Notes under the pieces: generated by a model
Told to the model about the DNA's origin: nothing
Databases searched by the model: none
What the model saw: the letters and a program-made list of their open reading frames with translations, nothing else
Made by a program: the position numbers and the translations under genes
Source of the DNA: Paraphysomonas bandaiensis
Lineage: Eukaryota > Protista > Chrysophyceae
DNA: 64,000 nucleotides
Direction: 5' to 3'
NCBI GenBank assembly: GCA_965644295.1
Contig: CBFFRP010000111.1
Span: 62,001-126,000, forward strand
Shown: positions 42,065-56,051 of the stretch, piece by piece
Layout: every line of letters begins with the position of its first letter
Position numbering within the stretch: the stretch's first letter is position 1

Positions 42065-42946
42065 CTACTCCCTCTTCCAGATCATACAATGCGAAACACC
42101 ATACTGAAACTTCCTGGAGTGCTCCCTGATAAGGAAAGGTACATCTTCGGAGTGAATTAGGGTCATCCGAATGGGGGTCGTCGATTCAGAGAGTGCTTCC
42201 ATCGCCTGCTGCAGAGCGGATGCAGAATCTACCGGTTCTCCAGATTCATTCACCTTACCGCCAATCCACTTGTCGACTGGTGTATACTCCTCTAGCCAAG
42301 AGTAAGGAGAGACAAGAACCAAAATGCCGCCAGGATTCAGGAGGTGAGGTGCTTCGGCAAGGAACTTACCAGGGTCTGGAAGACGACAAAGAAGATTGGA
42401 CGCATGAATAATATCAAAAGTACCTAAGACATATTATTTACTTCAAAAAAGTGTTTATAACATCATACCTAAAGAGGTAGACAGATTGCAAGCATCGCCT
42501 TGTGAAAACGTAACTCTATCGGGGTTAACACCGACCGGCAATTTTGCCTCATGTTGGCTAAATATCTTCCCCTGTTCCATTATACTATACTGCATTGTAC
42601 CCACGCCTTTCATTAAATTGGCCGCGGCAATAAAATTATGAGAGAAGTCAATACCAACAACTTCGTTGCAAGATTTTGACAGCTCAAACGCAGAGGCACC
42701 AACTGCACAGCCAATATCAAGTGCTCTGTTATGCTGAGATGCATGCCGAAGGCATATATCAGATGTTCGTGCCGGAAAATTAGTTGCTTCCGATGGACCA
42801 AACTTGTAGGGCATTAAGACATCCGGTGATCCATAGTGGAAGAGCAAATATTCATGCACAGCTCGTTCACTCTCATAAACATCACTTCCACTCGTGCCAC
42901 TAGATGCAGTACTACGTACAGATTGATTGTTACTGAATTGAGACAT
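42065..42946 (-). CDS. Stand-alone SAM-dependent methyltransferase homologous to the OvoA C-terminal (mercaptohistidine N-methyltransferase) domain
   Basis: 45-nt intron 42424..42468. YESERAVHEYLLFHYG, RALDIGCAVG, GIDFS, FSQGDACNL, NLLCRLPDP, SPYSWLEEYTP..KWIGG, DVPFLIREHSRKFQY...WKR. Confidence 0.85.
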
Positions 42947-43550
42947 TGCAAAAAAATATTGCTTGTGCAGTGTTTAACTGATTATATGTAATATAAGAGT
43001 GAGTTGTTGCATATGGGCTATGCTGGATGTACATACATACAAGATTGCAGATTGCAGCACTTGGAGTATGGTATATGTATGTATATATGTCTGTACATCC
43101 CATACGATCTTTGCATCCTACACTGCTGCTGCTCCTGTACATATATAGTATAGTGGATAGTGTAGGCTACAACACACTGAGAATATCATAAAATTGCTAT
43201 TTTTTCATTACTGAGAGGACTATATTCTGGATTTTTGAAGTTTGAGATCAATTTTTAAAGAATACTTCTAACTTTTAGAATTGTGTTAAGAATTTTCTAT
43301 GTTTTCCCTAGTTTTTTTGTATGTTTTTATAATAGATCGTATTTCATCTACAATCTATAGTACATACATGTACCTATATACAATACAATACATACTACGT
43401 ACACATACATGTCCAGTACACATCACAATTATCTATCTGTACATGTATGTATGTATAATATGTATAGTAAGTCCCTATTAACGACCATCTTAACTCTCTC
43501 ATATACATATATAAACTCTATCATCTCTCACTATACACACATACACTATC

Positions 43551-44826
43551 ATGTCAACTCCAATTACTACAATAACAAAATTAAAAAAACTTCAATCAAT
43601 AACAAAAAGAAAATATACAAATCATGAAAATCTCACAAAATCACCACTAAAAAAACAAATTCAATCTGCTGAAAATGATTTTTATAATTATTTAAATGAA
43701 AAACGTCGTATTTATATTAATAAATTAATTAAATCACTAACTTTAGGGGCTGATAATTATTATAATGAACAAAAATTAGTATTAATGAAAGATATTGAAA
43801 TCTATTATATACCCTTATTAATACGTTATATAAGTCAATTAATGATACATTATGCAGATGATATATTTGAAAGAGTATACTTAGAAGAACCTCTTGATAT
43901 TCCACCTGAATTTCATGGTATTCATAAAGATATTGAAACTAGAGCTCGTAAGATTCTGGAGATATACAAGCATCGTATATTGGAGTTCCTTCATACCAAG
44001 CAGGCTAGTCTTACTATTGCCGCTCTTGATGCATTGAGTGTGGCTGTTCTCGATAGAGAGGAACATTGGAAGAACAAAATTGCAAAAGATGTTGAATGTT
44101 ATCATAAACTTAGACTGCAGGAGGCTATGAATGGCCTGGATACTATTCATTCCATGTCATCGAATGATACAGATGATGAGGAGAGCAACACTTCTGGTCC
44201 TCTTAGCAACGAAAAACTGAGAATTCGAGATATCACGCCAAGTAGTATTCTAAGAGCCTCCGCGATCCGGGCTCCTGATGGGGAAGAATATTTAAACAAC
44301 GGTGTTTTGGGTGCTGGAGATGGGGAGTACATCAAGCGAGCAGAGCGGTGAGTTTTAGTGCTATTTCGGATATATGGGCACCTCTTTTCATCTCGTTATA
44401 TGTATTGATTAATGACCTGTAAAACAATACCTGTTTCATACATTTATTTGTGTCATTAGCATGGCCGAGACGATAAAAGAGAAGATCACGTATAGCTTCG
44501 CCGAGGTTAGTAAAGATATGTTCGTAGTTCCCTCAGAGGGACGGCCACAACCTTCGGTGGAGAGGCCTCTCAGCGATGAATATTTAGACAAAATACGGGG
44601 AGATCTTGCTGAAAGAGACTATTCTGAGAAGAGAAGAAGCGTTCGAGTGTCTTCCTCTCCAGCTTCTTCGGCATCATCTAGACAGGCTTATCAGCATATG
44701 GCTGACTTAAGGGAAATTAATCTTCAAGCAGAACTATTTCTGAGAAAGCAAGTTAAATTACAGCAAAAACTGAAAGTTGAATTTGCGTCCCTGGAATGTA
44801 ACAACCGAATTTCTGCTTTTAAGTAA
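43551..44826 (+). CDS. Hypothetical helical/coiled-coil protein (2 exons)
   Basis: ORFs 43551..44351 and 44461..44826 join in frame via GT-AG intron 44348..44459; no recognised domain. Confidence 0.65.
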
Positions 44827-45532
44827 CAACTGTGTAGTCGTCTGTACTATATTGTATATATGTTAAAGATTCGATTGAAGTTGTGTGTGATAAAATACAA
44901 CAATTTTTCGATTAAGCTTTACATTCTTGCTTCCAAGAACGATTCATATAAAATAAATCTGTAACAAGATAATCGAACTACTTCTCTTCTCTACATTCCC
45001 AATTCCCAACATTCCTCTTTTTCAAAAGTCAACTTCTACACAACAATGTACTATAAAGTAATGTATATGCTGCCTGTGTGCGAACCCTTGAGGTGAATTT
45101 TCGCCATGAACATACCACGGGTTTGAAGAGTACATGCATATTCGGTCAAAATACGTTAACAGATTTCTATCATAAAACCAAGTGAGAAGTTAATATGTGT
45201 ACTTGGATATGTATCCCTCTGCGTTTCAGAAGTGAATTCTTTGGTCAGGTATTACCAACCCGTCGTTTCACGCCTTGCTTTATGATCAATCGATGCGGTA
45301 TAAATATAGCATATAGGTGCGGCGTTTATTTTGTGTCTATCTGCAATGTACTAACCTACATATGTTCCAATAACATTCTGAAAACAATGCCAGATCCAGC
45401 ACTTCCGAAAATACAAACATAAACTTTGCCTACTAGCTACATTTTCTCTCCGATTGAATGGAGTAGATTATAAGGTTAGTATGGTTGATTTCATGAGATT
45501 TCATTTATATCTCCCATCCAAGTTGTGGAAAT

Positions 45533-46858
45533 TTACTGCTTGGTTCTGCCTGGACCAACATTGGAGTCGTCTCCGCCAAGTTCCAGTGCCCGTCTGTAGC
45601 ATGCCCACACAGCGTCTGCCATCACTACACGTATATTATAAGTAAAAATTGAGTGAAGCATAATCTCTCACCTGTGCGGTAGCCTCCTTTTTCCAACTGA
45701 TAAAGTGCGGATGCAGTGGTGCCACCGGGAGATGTAACCTTCATGTAATAGTCAGTGATTATTTGAGCTAGAGTGACAGATATTAGATACACTTACGTTA
45801 TTTCTTAGAGTTGAAACTGAGTGGCCAGATGATTGCGCATACACAACGCTTCCCTGAATTATTACACACTTAATAACAAATGGACAACGCACAGCATATT
45901 TACCTTGATGGTCTTGTTCACAAGGCGAGTTGCCATAGCTCTTGGAAGACCCATATGAACCGCCGCATCAACCATCGCCTCAACGGTCAAAAAGACATAC
46001 TGCCAAAATCCACATAAGTAATACCCAACATGCACGAAGGCATGCGAATAGAGGGGGAGACAGGAAATAGCCGTGGAAAAGATTAAGAAAGGCTGTAGAT
46101 ACTCACCGCTGGACCCGTGCCTGATATGGCCGTGGACATGTCAACCAGCGCTTCGTCTTTAACAAGAATTTCATCCCCTACATTATGATGTATTTTTCTT
46201 ACACATTGCCCTTATCAGGGTTCGCTAAACTAATACCTGTGCAGAGAAGAAGTTGCTTCGCTTTCTGCACGATATCACTGGGAACCTCCTTGCTAGCGAA
46301 CCAAACCGTCATTCCTTCTTGAACCGTTGCAGGTGTATTCGGCATACAGCGTATAACCAATTTTGTGTTAAAAAGCCTTTGCATTGTACTGACGGCAGTA
46401 CCAGCTAAGATCGACATCAAGACACCATTGATTTTATCGACAGACTTTGCAACATCACCAAGATTCTGGGGTTTACAAGCTAATATCTGAATAAAACATA
46501 CAAAATTAGCATTTCGTTTCATTCTCAACAAAAAATATATTGCATTGTATACCACTAAATCAGCATCTCTGACAGCTTCATTGATATCATCATTAGTTTT
46601 CACACCATACGTAGTTCTCATATACTCAAGACGATCAGAGTTCACATCATATATAGTAACATCTTCCATTCTCTGAAGATTAGATGAATGAAGTGCTTTT
46701 AACATTGCTTCAGCCATTTGTCCACCACCAATAAATGCTAATGATGGGACAAGTGATTGTATAGATTGGGAATAGTAACGATTGAATTGTTTACTGATTG
46801 TAAAAATATTTAAATTTCTTATTCTTCTCATATTTGAAGTCATAGAAGATAATACCAT
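45533..46858 (-). CDS. proC: Pyrroline-5-carboxylate reductase, multi-exon, with an N-terminal extension resembling a mitochondrial transit peptide
   Basis: LAFIGGGQMAEA, ILACKPQ, SILAG, IRCMPNTP, TAISGTGPA/YVF, VTSPGGTT, AVWACYRRALELG. Confidence 0.95.
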
Positions 46859-47564
46859 CTTTAAATATGTTAATTACAAGGTAATGGAATGGATTTATGG
46901 TGTATGTATGTATGTATATGAGAATTAATAAGTGAGAGATGACTGACGACTATGTCTGTATGTATGTATACACGTATATATATATGACAGGAGGACATAT
47001 ATATGCATATAAACAGCAGTATGTATGTAGAGTGTACGTACTGCTATGTCAATTTCTATATGAATATTCGGATATTAAGAATCTATTAACCATCACCAGC
47101 AGCACATACTAAAAGACCGCTCCAGAGAAGTAAATATAGTGGACGAATTTAGGCTTGGTACGGGGATTTTATGAAAAACTCCCAGATTTATATATATAAA
47201 CCTATAGTTTTAAATGAAAATCCTCTATTTTGAAAAATCGGGGACGGCCCGTCCTTGAGGGACGGGCGACACACACATAAATTGGAACGGGATGTATTAT
47301 CCGTAACCGGATATAAGTAACCCGTCTATATGATAACAAAAAGTGTTGTAACGACTGTTCAATATGTCTATACACGTATATACAGTGTATGAAATTTAAT
47401 GTATGGAATCTACCGTTAATGACAACCCTAAGAGAGCATTCTCTAGTCGAGAGATCTACATACCTTGAAACACTATTATATTAAGTATTGTGTTGATTAA
47501 ATCATCTTAAATAATAAGATTATATTAAGAAACTATAGAAAACACACAGAAGAAGGTTTGAAAT

Positions 47565-50500
47565 ATGAATGAAAGCGATGGATATGTCGCTATTGAGGTA
47601 TCATCATATCAATGAGATCATCATACATTATAATGATTATTATCAGGTGGAAAAATTTGGAATTGCTTTTAATGAAATTAAAAATGAATCACCAAAATTT
47701 CGTATTGATTTAGAACTTGTTGGAAGAGGTGAACACTTAGCATGGGCTTCAAGTGGGTCCAATAAAGTGATGTCCTCAGAGCTGTCTGGTTTCTCTGAAC
47801 CATTAGATGAACAAGTTGGTAATGATGAGATAAAAGCAGATGATGAGGAAGATAATAAAGGTGATAATGAGGAGAATACAGAGAATGCTTCAACTATTTC
47901 TTTATTTACTGTGGGATGTAATTCTTTTCAACGAACGAAGTTTATCGACATGACAGAGGCAAATGTTAATGATCTTCTAAACTCTTATGTGCTGATAAGG
48001 ATTGTTACGATTGGGTCTAACTCCTCTGTTAATTCCCCTGCACCAGCGAAAGGAAAGAAGGGCGCACCTGCAGCAGAGCCTGAATCAACTGAAGAAGTTC
48101 TTACCGAAGTGTATTGCCACATTGCCCCCCTCGTGAAGGATAATAGCGGTGTGATCGAAATAAACTACAGCTTAGAAGACTTAAAGTCACAGGCACCTCG
48201 GACTGTTATCAAGGATAGTATAAATGGCACGAAGAGTTTCTTGACCCTTCGTATGCTACTCGACAATGGATTCTGTGAGTATACTGCCGGTGGGAATGTG
48301 ATTCAGTGGGAAATTGCTTCACTGAAAAATATTCCTGGAGAATGGACAATCCCATTAGTAGAACCCCAAGAAAAGGGTAAGGCCGCGGCTAAGGGGAAAG
48401 GAAAGGAACCTCCAAGTGAAGACGAGTTACGCGAAAAAGAAATGCAGTTGATATCGAATACTCTCAATAGTCAATCCAATGTGGTTCAGTACTCTTTCAC
48501 AATTGATCCCCCTGCCGCTGATGAGGCAGGAGACCCCGAAGTCACAGCAGTAGTATCCCACCTACCTCATGTGGCTCTAAGTTCCGGTCGCTTGGAGTTC
48601 GATAATACTGCAGCTGCCGAGTGTGCAGTTTCTGAAGAGCAAACCCTGTCAAGCTACCACCAACTCTGGTCGTTGCATTGGGGACCGTCACCTTTGATCT
48701 TTTTGCACAGATCAACTGTTCGACAGTTGGTGGATTGCATGACCCGTGGTGGTACACAACTTGTTGTCAAAATCAAGAAGTCACCTCCGCCTGAACCTGA
48801 GAATCCGGAACCCCCAGTGAAGGGAAAAGAAGTACCGGAACCCGTCAAGGAGATTGAGGCAACCGGATATCTTGATATAAGTGATCTATGCACCCCTGAT
48901 ACTAAAGGGTTTACGTTAACTCTATCACCTGTTGGGAATGGTTTGGAAGATACAGAAGCAGTTGCAAGTGTTGCTGTTATGCTGGAAAGACCACTTGTTT
49001 CGTCAGATACATTTCCTGTGTCTGATGTTTCACCAGTGGACACGATTTCAATGAAAAGTGTGAAAGACCAAAAAAACCGTAGGGATGTAAAGAAAGAGTT
49101 ACGCACGGAGATAGCTTCTTTCGTGAAAGAAATTGCAACTGAGTATGTTAGTCTCTATCCACAACCTCCATCACAAGAAGAATCGATGGATTCTCGTAAA
49201 CAGCATTTTATGTATCACTTATCCACAAGTGGAGTATATCACCGCCTGAAAGAAACCCTCAAGCCACGGATACAGCGTGTTGTGAGAGAGCGGTATGGTG
49301 CTCGAAGCAGGGCTCTTGGGAATACAGAGAGTTCTATACCTCCTGCTGGGTTTTCCGACCCTGAAGAAGTTCCAATGGACGAAATGATTGGTGAACTATA
49401 TGTCGTTCTCGTTAAAGAATGTAACACGGTGCTCAATGCAATGTACAAAAGCACTGTTATTGATAGAGATACGGATGAGTTAGAAAAAGAATCTGCGATT
49501 GATGATGAAACTGAAACTCCACAGCAGCGGTTTTTCAGATTGTTTAAATTGGCTGGTGATGCAGAGGCGGATAAGAGATACAACCAAGCGGAACAGTTCC
49601 ATTTGGAGAGAATTGCGTTGTTGAAACATGAAGTTCAGTTGAGTACGGATCCACAGGCACCGCATCATGCATATTTTCAATTCCATGAGTATCTCATGAG
49701 GCGGGCCGCGGATGTCCTTATTACTGAAAAGGTGGCCCTTGCGGAGACCTCTGATGGAGAAGACAGCGAAGCGAATGGCGTCTCGACCACAGTGGAATCT
49801 TTGAGAGAGCAAGCTAGAGAGGCAATATATCAGGCCATCAATGCTAAAAAGAATCATTGGATGTCTTATTTACAGCTTGGCTGTTTGCTGCTAGAAACCG
49901 ATCAGCAAGAAAGAGCCGGTGATGCTTTACTTACTGCTATTCGTATTCAACTGGATGATGGAAATGAAAACCAGCGTATCGAAACATTGGATGAGTTCAA
50001 AGGATATGAGAGCGATAAACTATGCCCTGTGCACCCTATGTCGTATGTTATGCTGACTCTTTATTATTCCAAGATTGGTTCTCCATTGTGTGCGAGAAAA
50101 GCGATTAGGCTTGCCATCAGGTAAATCCCAGTTATCGTTGATCACTCTGTATTCATGACTGCTTTTTATACCCCAGGTCGTTCGCTGAAGGTAACTACGA
50201 ACCAGCAGTGAGCACACATGGTAAACCACGGAGAACCGCAGTGTTATGTCTAAGTGAAGGAGCTGTGTTCTTATATGAGCACGGAATGCCATTACTTGGA
50301 GATTTATGCACACAGCTTGCACTAGACTGTGAATTAGCTGCCACTAAGAAAGCTGAAGAAAGAAACCTTCCAGCATCAACAATTCCGAGTATAAGACACA
50401 TGCTAAAGAAAGCTCAAGCGTTTGGACATTTATTCCGTGGAAATGTTGATACCGCCATTGATGATGCTGAGAGTTGTATAGCTGTTGCTGTTGATCCAGC

Positions 50501-51287
50501 ACAAATTGTCAAAGGCAACTTGTGTGTAGCTCGATATTTGTCGTACAGCTCCTATGGAGACAAAGTTGATCGCATGATAAAAGCTTTCAGCAGCGCCTTG
50601 AAAGTCTTAGAGAAAAATGAAGACTATGAGCTGATACCACTCGCTGATTACATTGATATGGGGAAGTCATTAATTCACGTAGGCAGATACAACGATGCTT
50701 TTGAATCAATGTTAATAGGTTGTCGGGTTTATCCTTCGTCTTCTCTTTTCCACCTTGTCGGAATATGTTGTATTCGTTTGGATCGCATGATTGATGCCGA
50801 AGATGCCCTTCACGAGGCAAATCTACTCGACAATCGTAATCCTGAGGTGTGGGCTTATCTCTGCATTTTGTGTCTGAGTACAGATGGGCATCGTCTTCAA
50901 GAGGGAATGAAGTGCTCTGATCAAGCACTGCGACTCGGCCTGAGTAACGCTGCGATACTCCGTGAGATAGCAACAGCATACATCGCTGTGGACAAGCTGC
51001 GTTATGCAGAAGACCTTATTCGCCGTGCAATGGCTACAGACTCTGCAGAAGGAAATGGAAAGAGTAGTTCCCACACACGCCGATTATTGGGCGACGTTCT
51101 TGCTGCACAGAATCACGCAGCACAAGCTGTGGATGAGTATCAATGTGTCATCGAGAACAATGAAGCTGACTTGGAGACCAGAATTGCTGCTGGAAGAAAG
51201 TGCTTGACTCTCCTGCAAACATTGGGGAGAAATGAAGAAGTGAATCAGTTGGAGTCTATCATTAATGCTCTTGAAAGTAGTGTTTGA
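47565..51287 (+). CDS. CFAP70: Cilia- and flagella-associated protein 70 (TTC18)-like TPR protein
   Basis: Introns 47598..47646 and 50121..50176. FMYHLSTSGVYHRLKETLKPRIQRVVRE, LAGDAE...AEQFHLERIA and C-terminal TPRs AEDALHEANLLDNRNPEVWAYL are typical of CFAP70. Confidence 0.8.
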
Positions 51288-51922
51288 AACTCGTGAACCG
51301 GTGAGAAATACGTCATTTATAATGAGTGTTATACTTATGAATGGGTAGGAGAATTCCATATTTTGCATAAACAAATAATGAACTTTGAATGCTAGCGCCC
51401 TTATTGTACGACGTAAATTTTTTCATTTAGTTAGCAAACACTGAATGTAATAATAGTGCTCCTCATATCCAAAACTTATCGATATGTCAAAATGAAATTG
51501 GCAAAGTAGCACGCTGATTACAGGGGTGCAAAAGTACGCCCCAGATTTATGCATTAGAATTCTAACACTCTGCGTCGATAAATGGGCTATGGCTGAGAGA
51601 GTTGTACTTGTGGTTTGATAAGAAATGTGATACATAAAAGTGTTTGTACTATATATTTGTATAGTTAACATATAGTGCATGTGTTCTTCAGAGCGCAGTG
51701 TTGGAATAAAAGTAATATTGACCAATTTTTATTCTCATAGATTATATTTTTGTTAAAAAGCTAGATACAAAATTGTATTATATATAGCATCGTGGAAAGA
51801 ATGTTGTTGACGATTGTTCGACAGTTTAAATTTTCACGATATATATATTCTCTACGAAAATTCAACAAACGAACACTGACTAATACTGTTACACATCACT
51901 AAAGCACATAAAAAATATTTCA

Positions 51923-54697
51923 CTACTCTGATTGTGCAGACTTTACTCTTTCATCATCACTCCAGAGGCCTGGGTCGTGGATGTTCTCAACATCTAAATC
52001 AGCAATCTCTTCGGACTGTATACTGAGATAAGATTCAATTGTTTTGCACGCATTTCTGGATCTATGTAGCTCCCAGTGAGATAAACCAAAGACCGTTACT
52101 ATTATAGATATAATACGCGAGAAGATCATGCACAGCTCCAGCCATAGATAAGTTAGCACCGAAAACTTCAGTCGTACTCTGTTCGAGGGTTGAAATATCC
52201 ATGAAAATGTTTCCTGTGTTCGAACAGACCACGAACCAGAAAAAATAGGAACAGCGCAAGATGCACGAAGTATATTATGCACCAAAGATTCTATATACTC
52301 CAGGTCATTATGTGGGAGATATAAATACACTTCGCGGTCGTCACTTGGCGTATCCTCTAGATATGCTTCCTTCTCCGCTGCTTTAGTCGGTTGAATAGAG
52401 GAGAGGGGCGGATTGCTTCTGGCAGAATGCTCCACACATATATGATCCTGAAAGATAGAGTATTTATCTCTACATGGATTGTACTCCTCCCTTATACCAA
52501 TTACGTGCCCAATATATGCCCTGAAAAAGAAGAAATATTATATATGTCACTGAAAAACAGCATACGATTCATACCAAAAATGAAGCACGTCTTCTATACT
52601 ACGCTCCGAGAGAGTGCCAGCAGTTTTTCGCAGAGCAAATATTGTATCTGAAGCAAAACGTCCGATGCAATAACCGAGAAACTGCTGACTAAGCGGCATA
52701 CCGAAAAATTTCTCATCCCATCTCCCTACACCACATATACTCAATATTCGTCTCCTTGCGACTGCTAGTGCAAGCCGAAGCTCTATCAGTTTAACCCAAG
52801 CAGCACCGTAGGGTATCAAACATCCAGTGGATGCAGCCAATGAGCATTGATACACGATACTTACGACTCGAGTGACGATATGCTCCATGTCCTGCGAACT
52901 CCATGCAACACTCTGTTGAAGAGCGATCTGAAACAAAAGGGAGTCCTTCTTCACTTCTTTATCGGTGTCTGACTCTCCTGGTGAGTCAGCATTTTCTGTT
53001 GTACTTGCTAGAGAAGCAAACAGTGCCGCGCCTTCAGCTGAAGAGGCAATTTCCACTAAAGAGTGACTCAGAACTGCTGCAAGAACCCAAGAAATATGAC
53101 GAATTAGCAAATTGCCAGCTCGTCGTAGGCTTGTCCCACTCACCCACTCGGGGTCACGAGAAATAACCACTAACATCTTTTTTACACGCTGATCTACTAC
53201 CGGGTTCCCATCTTGTTGAAGTACTGTACTGTCATCTTGTTGTGCAAGTATGCTGCGACACCGCAGGAGCATTACTCGCAGGATAGATGGGTTTTCCTCT
53301 AGAGCTATGCGCCCGTTGTCAATGTCCCATAGACCGTCTAAACCATCGTCGGCTACACAATCTCCTGTGAATCTCATGCCACCTTGAGGTCCATGACCAC
53401 GCATCCACTCCCATTCGCAAAGGCGTATCCTCCGCTCTGTAATGGTTCTTACATAAGCATCAGAATAGAGTCGCTCCCACCACCGCAGGGGATATGTCGA
53501 CGACATTGTTGATTCATTCGGTTCAAAAACAGTAGCAGTATTTTTACTGACATCCGTGCCAGCATCAGTGTCAATACTTCGACATCCGTCGTCCGATTCC
53601 GTACTGATGGAGGAGGCAGAAATCATCGTTATATCCCGGAAAAAATCTCCGAATGACAAACAGGTTCCGTCACGCATAGCTTTTCACCATATACGTAACA
53701 ATAGTTATATTTGCAACAGTGTGTATGATTGGTGTTAATAGCACGGTAGACGGAAATAATGGGTTGTCGCGTAAAAACTATATGTTGTGTAACTCTTACA
53801 TGTTCCAACAGAGTGAGCAGCTATCGTCATGAATAGCTCCTTCCAGTCTTCTGCTTCACGCTCATCATTGAGTTTGTAGAAGAGTTTGCTGGGTACCCAC
53901 GAAGGCGTAGCGCCTACAACCTCCACATCAAAACTAAGACACATTGTACACGCAGTCTAAAGATAGAGACGTGAATAGTTTTCAATGTAACTGAATGCTA
54001 AGTTACCCGGGTAGCCATACAACTGCGATTATGCAAGTAGATGATGCGCTTCGGTCGTCGACTCATAGGAGTGGGAAAAACCAGGAAGTGTTGGTCGACT
54101 AGTAGACACCAAACTCGTTGAAACTTGCGGAATGCAGAGCTCTCTAACATATTGCCGCTTTTTATGCGCAGAAAGCAACGGAGTGCGTGAGGCACTACAG
54201 ACGTTGCAGCTGCCTCCGCTGTAAACGTGTGAGGTACACCAACATTTATATGTGTATTATCACATTCACACATCACAGATACAAATTTTGAAAATTTACC
54301 TTGCCTTTGTCGATGTTGCTCTTCGTTAGTCTCACTCTCCATATCCACCTCGTCTGGCCCCCATACGCTATAATTTCCACTTGGTTGTAATGATTCAGCA
54401 GGCATAGTTAGTTCTGTTTGTTCATAAAATTCAACTCTCTCTTGTACGGACATATTGAGAAGCACTTCCTCCATTGCATTCACATCATCAGCACTTCCTT
54501 GTGGCAATAAAAGAAGATTCTAATAATATTCTTGTAAACTGTTGCCATGTACTTGAAAGGACTGTATATACCTGCCCTTTATGAATCTTATCATTCACTT
54601 GAAGCTTATTCAGTGTCTGTATAGCCTTCACTGTCGTACTGAACCGTAAAGCAAGACCAAGTATAGTGTCCCCTTCACGTACAATATATTTCACCAT
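51923..54697 (-). CDS. LysM + PH-like domain protein of unknown function (multi-exon)
   Basis: N-terminal YIVREGDTILGLALRFSTTVKAIQTLN (LysM); FLRIKSG...FQRVWCLL...PKRIIYL...EREAEDWKELF (PH-like). Exon joins inferred. Confidence 0.65.
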
Positions 54698-54734
54698 ACG
54701 AGAGTGTCTGTATATATATATGAATCAGTATATC

Positions 54735-54962
54735 TATGTGTGTCACTGTGTGTGTATATATACATATGCTCTCTGTGTGTGTCTGTGTATATGTATGTAT
54801 GTATATGCATCTCTGTGTGTCTCTACATACATAAGTCTCTGTGTGTGTGTCTGTATATACATAAGTCTCTGTGTGTGTCTGTGTATATGTATGTATGTAT
54901 ATGCATCTCTGTGTGTCTCTACATACATAAGTCTCTGTGTGTGTGTCTGTATATGTATGTAT
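54735..54962. repeat. Compound TG/TA minisatellite upstream of the LysM-PH gene
   Basis: Recurrent ataagtctctgtgtgtg(tg)tctgt... and tgtatatgtatgtatgtatatgcatctctgtgtgtctctacatac units. Confidence 0.85.
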
Positions 54963-55522
54963 AAGAAGTGTGTTACTTACGGTAACAAGTCAGACATACA
55001 GTCGGTAGGATCTCCTCCATATCTAAACATCATAAAGTGAGATACATACAGCCAATCACATACATACACTTCACATTACCTCATACTTCGTTTGATTGAT
55101 TTTTCTGTTATGATTTTTTTGACTAATGGATGCATTTTATGGGCATCATACACTGCATACCCTAACTGTGTTAAGGTTGATGTATTCTGATCACTTGACA
55201 TGATTATATATGCTATCAAAGATAATAGAAGATCTTAATGGGATTAGAAGAGTATTAGTATGCAATGAACAATGCATTCATTATATAGTAGAGAGTATAT
55301 CATATATATGGAAGATTACCGCAAATTTTTTGCAATGTAATTTTGTTATCTATATATGTAAAATTACTAATAAAATTATTATTGCTAAAATTGTATACTG
55401 TTTTTATGGTAATAAATATTGTGTAGGGTAGTATTTTACTCCAATCGAATCATGTTGTAGTAAAATACAGCGATATGATTGAATAACATTCTGGCACAAA
55501 ATATTGGACAGGTGTACACAAA

Positions 55523-55963
55523 TACATACATACATACATACATACATACATACATACATACATACATACATACATACATACATACATACATACATACATA
55601 CATACATACATACATACATACATACATACATACATACATACATACATACATACATACATACATACATACATACATACATACATACATACATACATACATA
55701 CATACATACATACATACATACGTACATACATACATACATACATACATACATACATACATACGTACATACATACATACATACATACATACACACATACATA
55801 CATACATACATACATACATACATACATACATACATACATACGTACATACATACATACATACATACATACATACATACATACATACATACATACATACATA
55901 CATACATACATACATACATACATACATACATACATACATACATACATACATACATACATACAT
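55523..55963 (+). repeat. (CATA)n microsatellite, ~440 bp
   Basis: Directly visible; rare CGTA/CACA variants. Confidence 0.99.
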
Positions 55964-56051
55964 TCTCCATCCATTCCTCTCCATATTCTTCATCCTCACT
56001 GAAGTCTCCTCTCCCTCTCTCTCCTACACTCCACCCCTCTTCTCTATCAAC

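Noticed and set aside
33297-46858. Possible metabolic cluster (sulfotransferase-like, OvoA-MT, P5CR)
   Set aside because: Interspersed with unrelated genes, no shared pathway, no core synthase.
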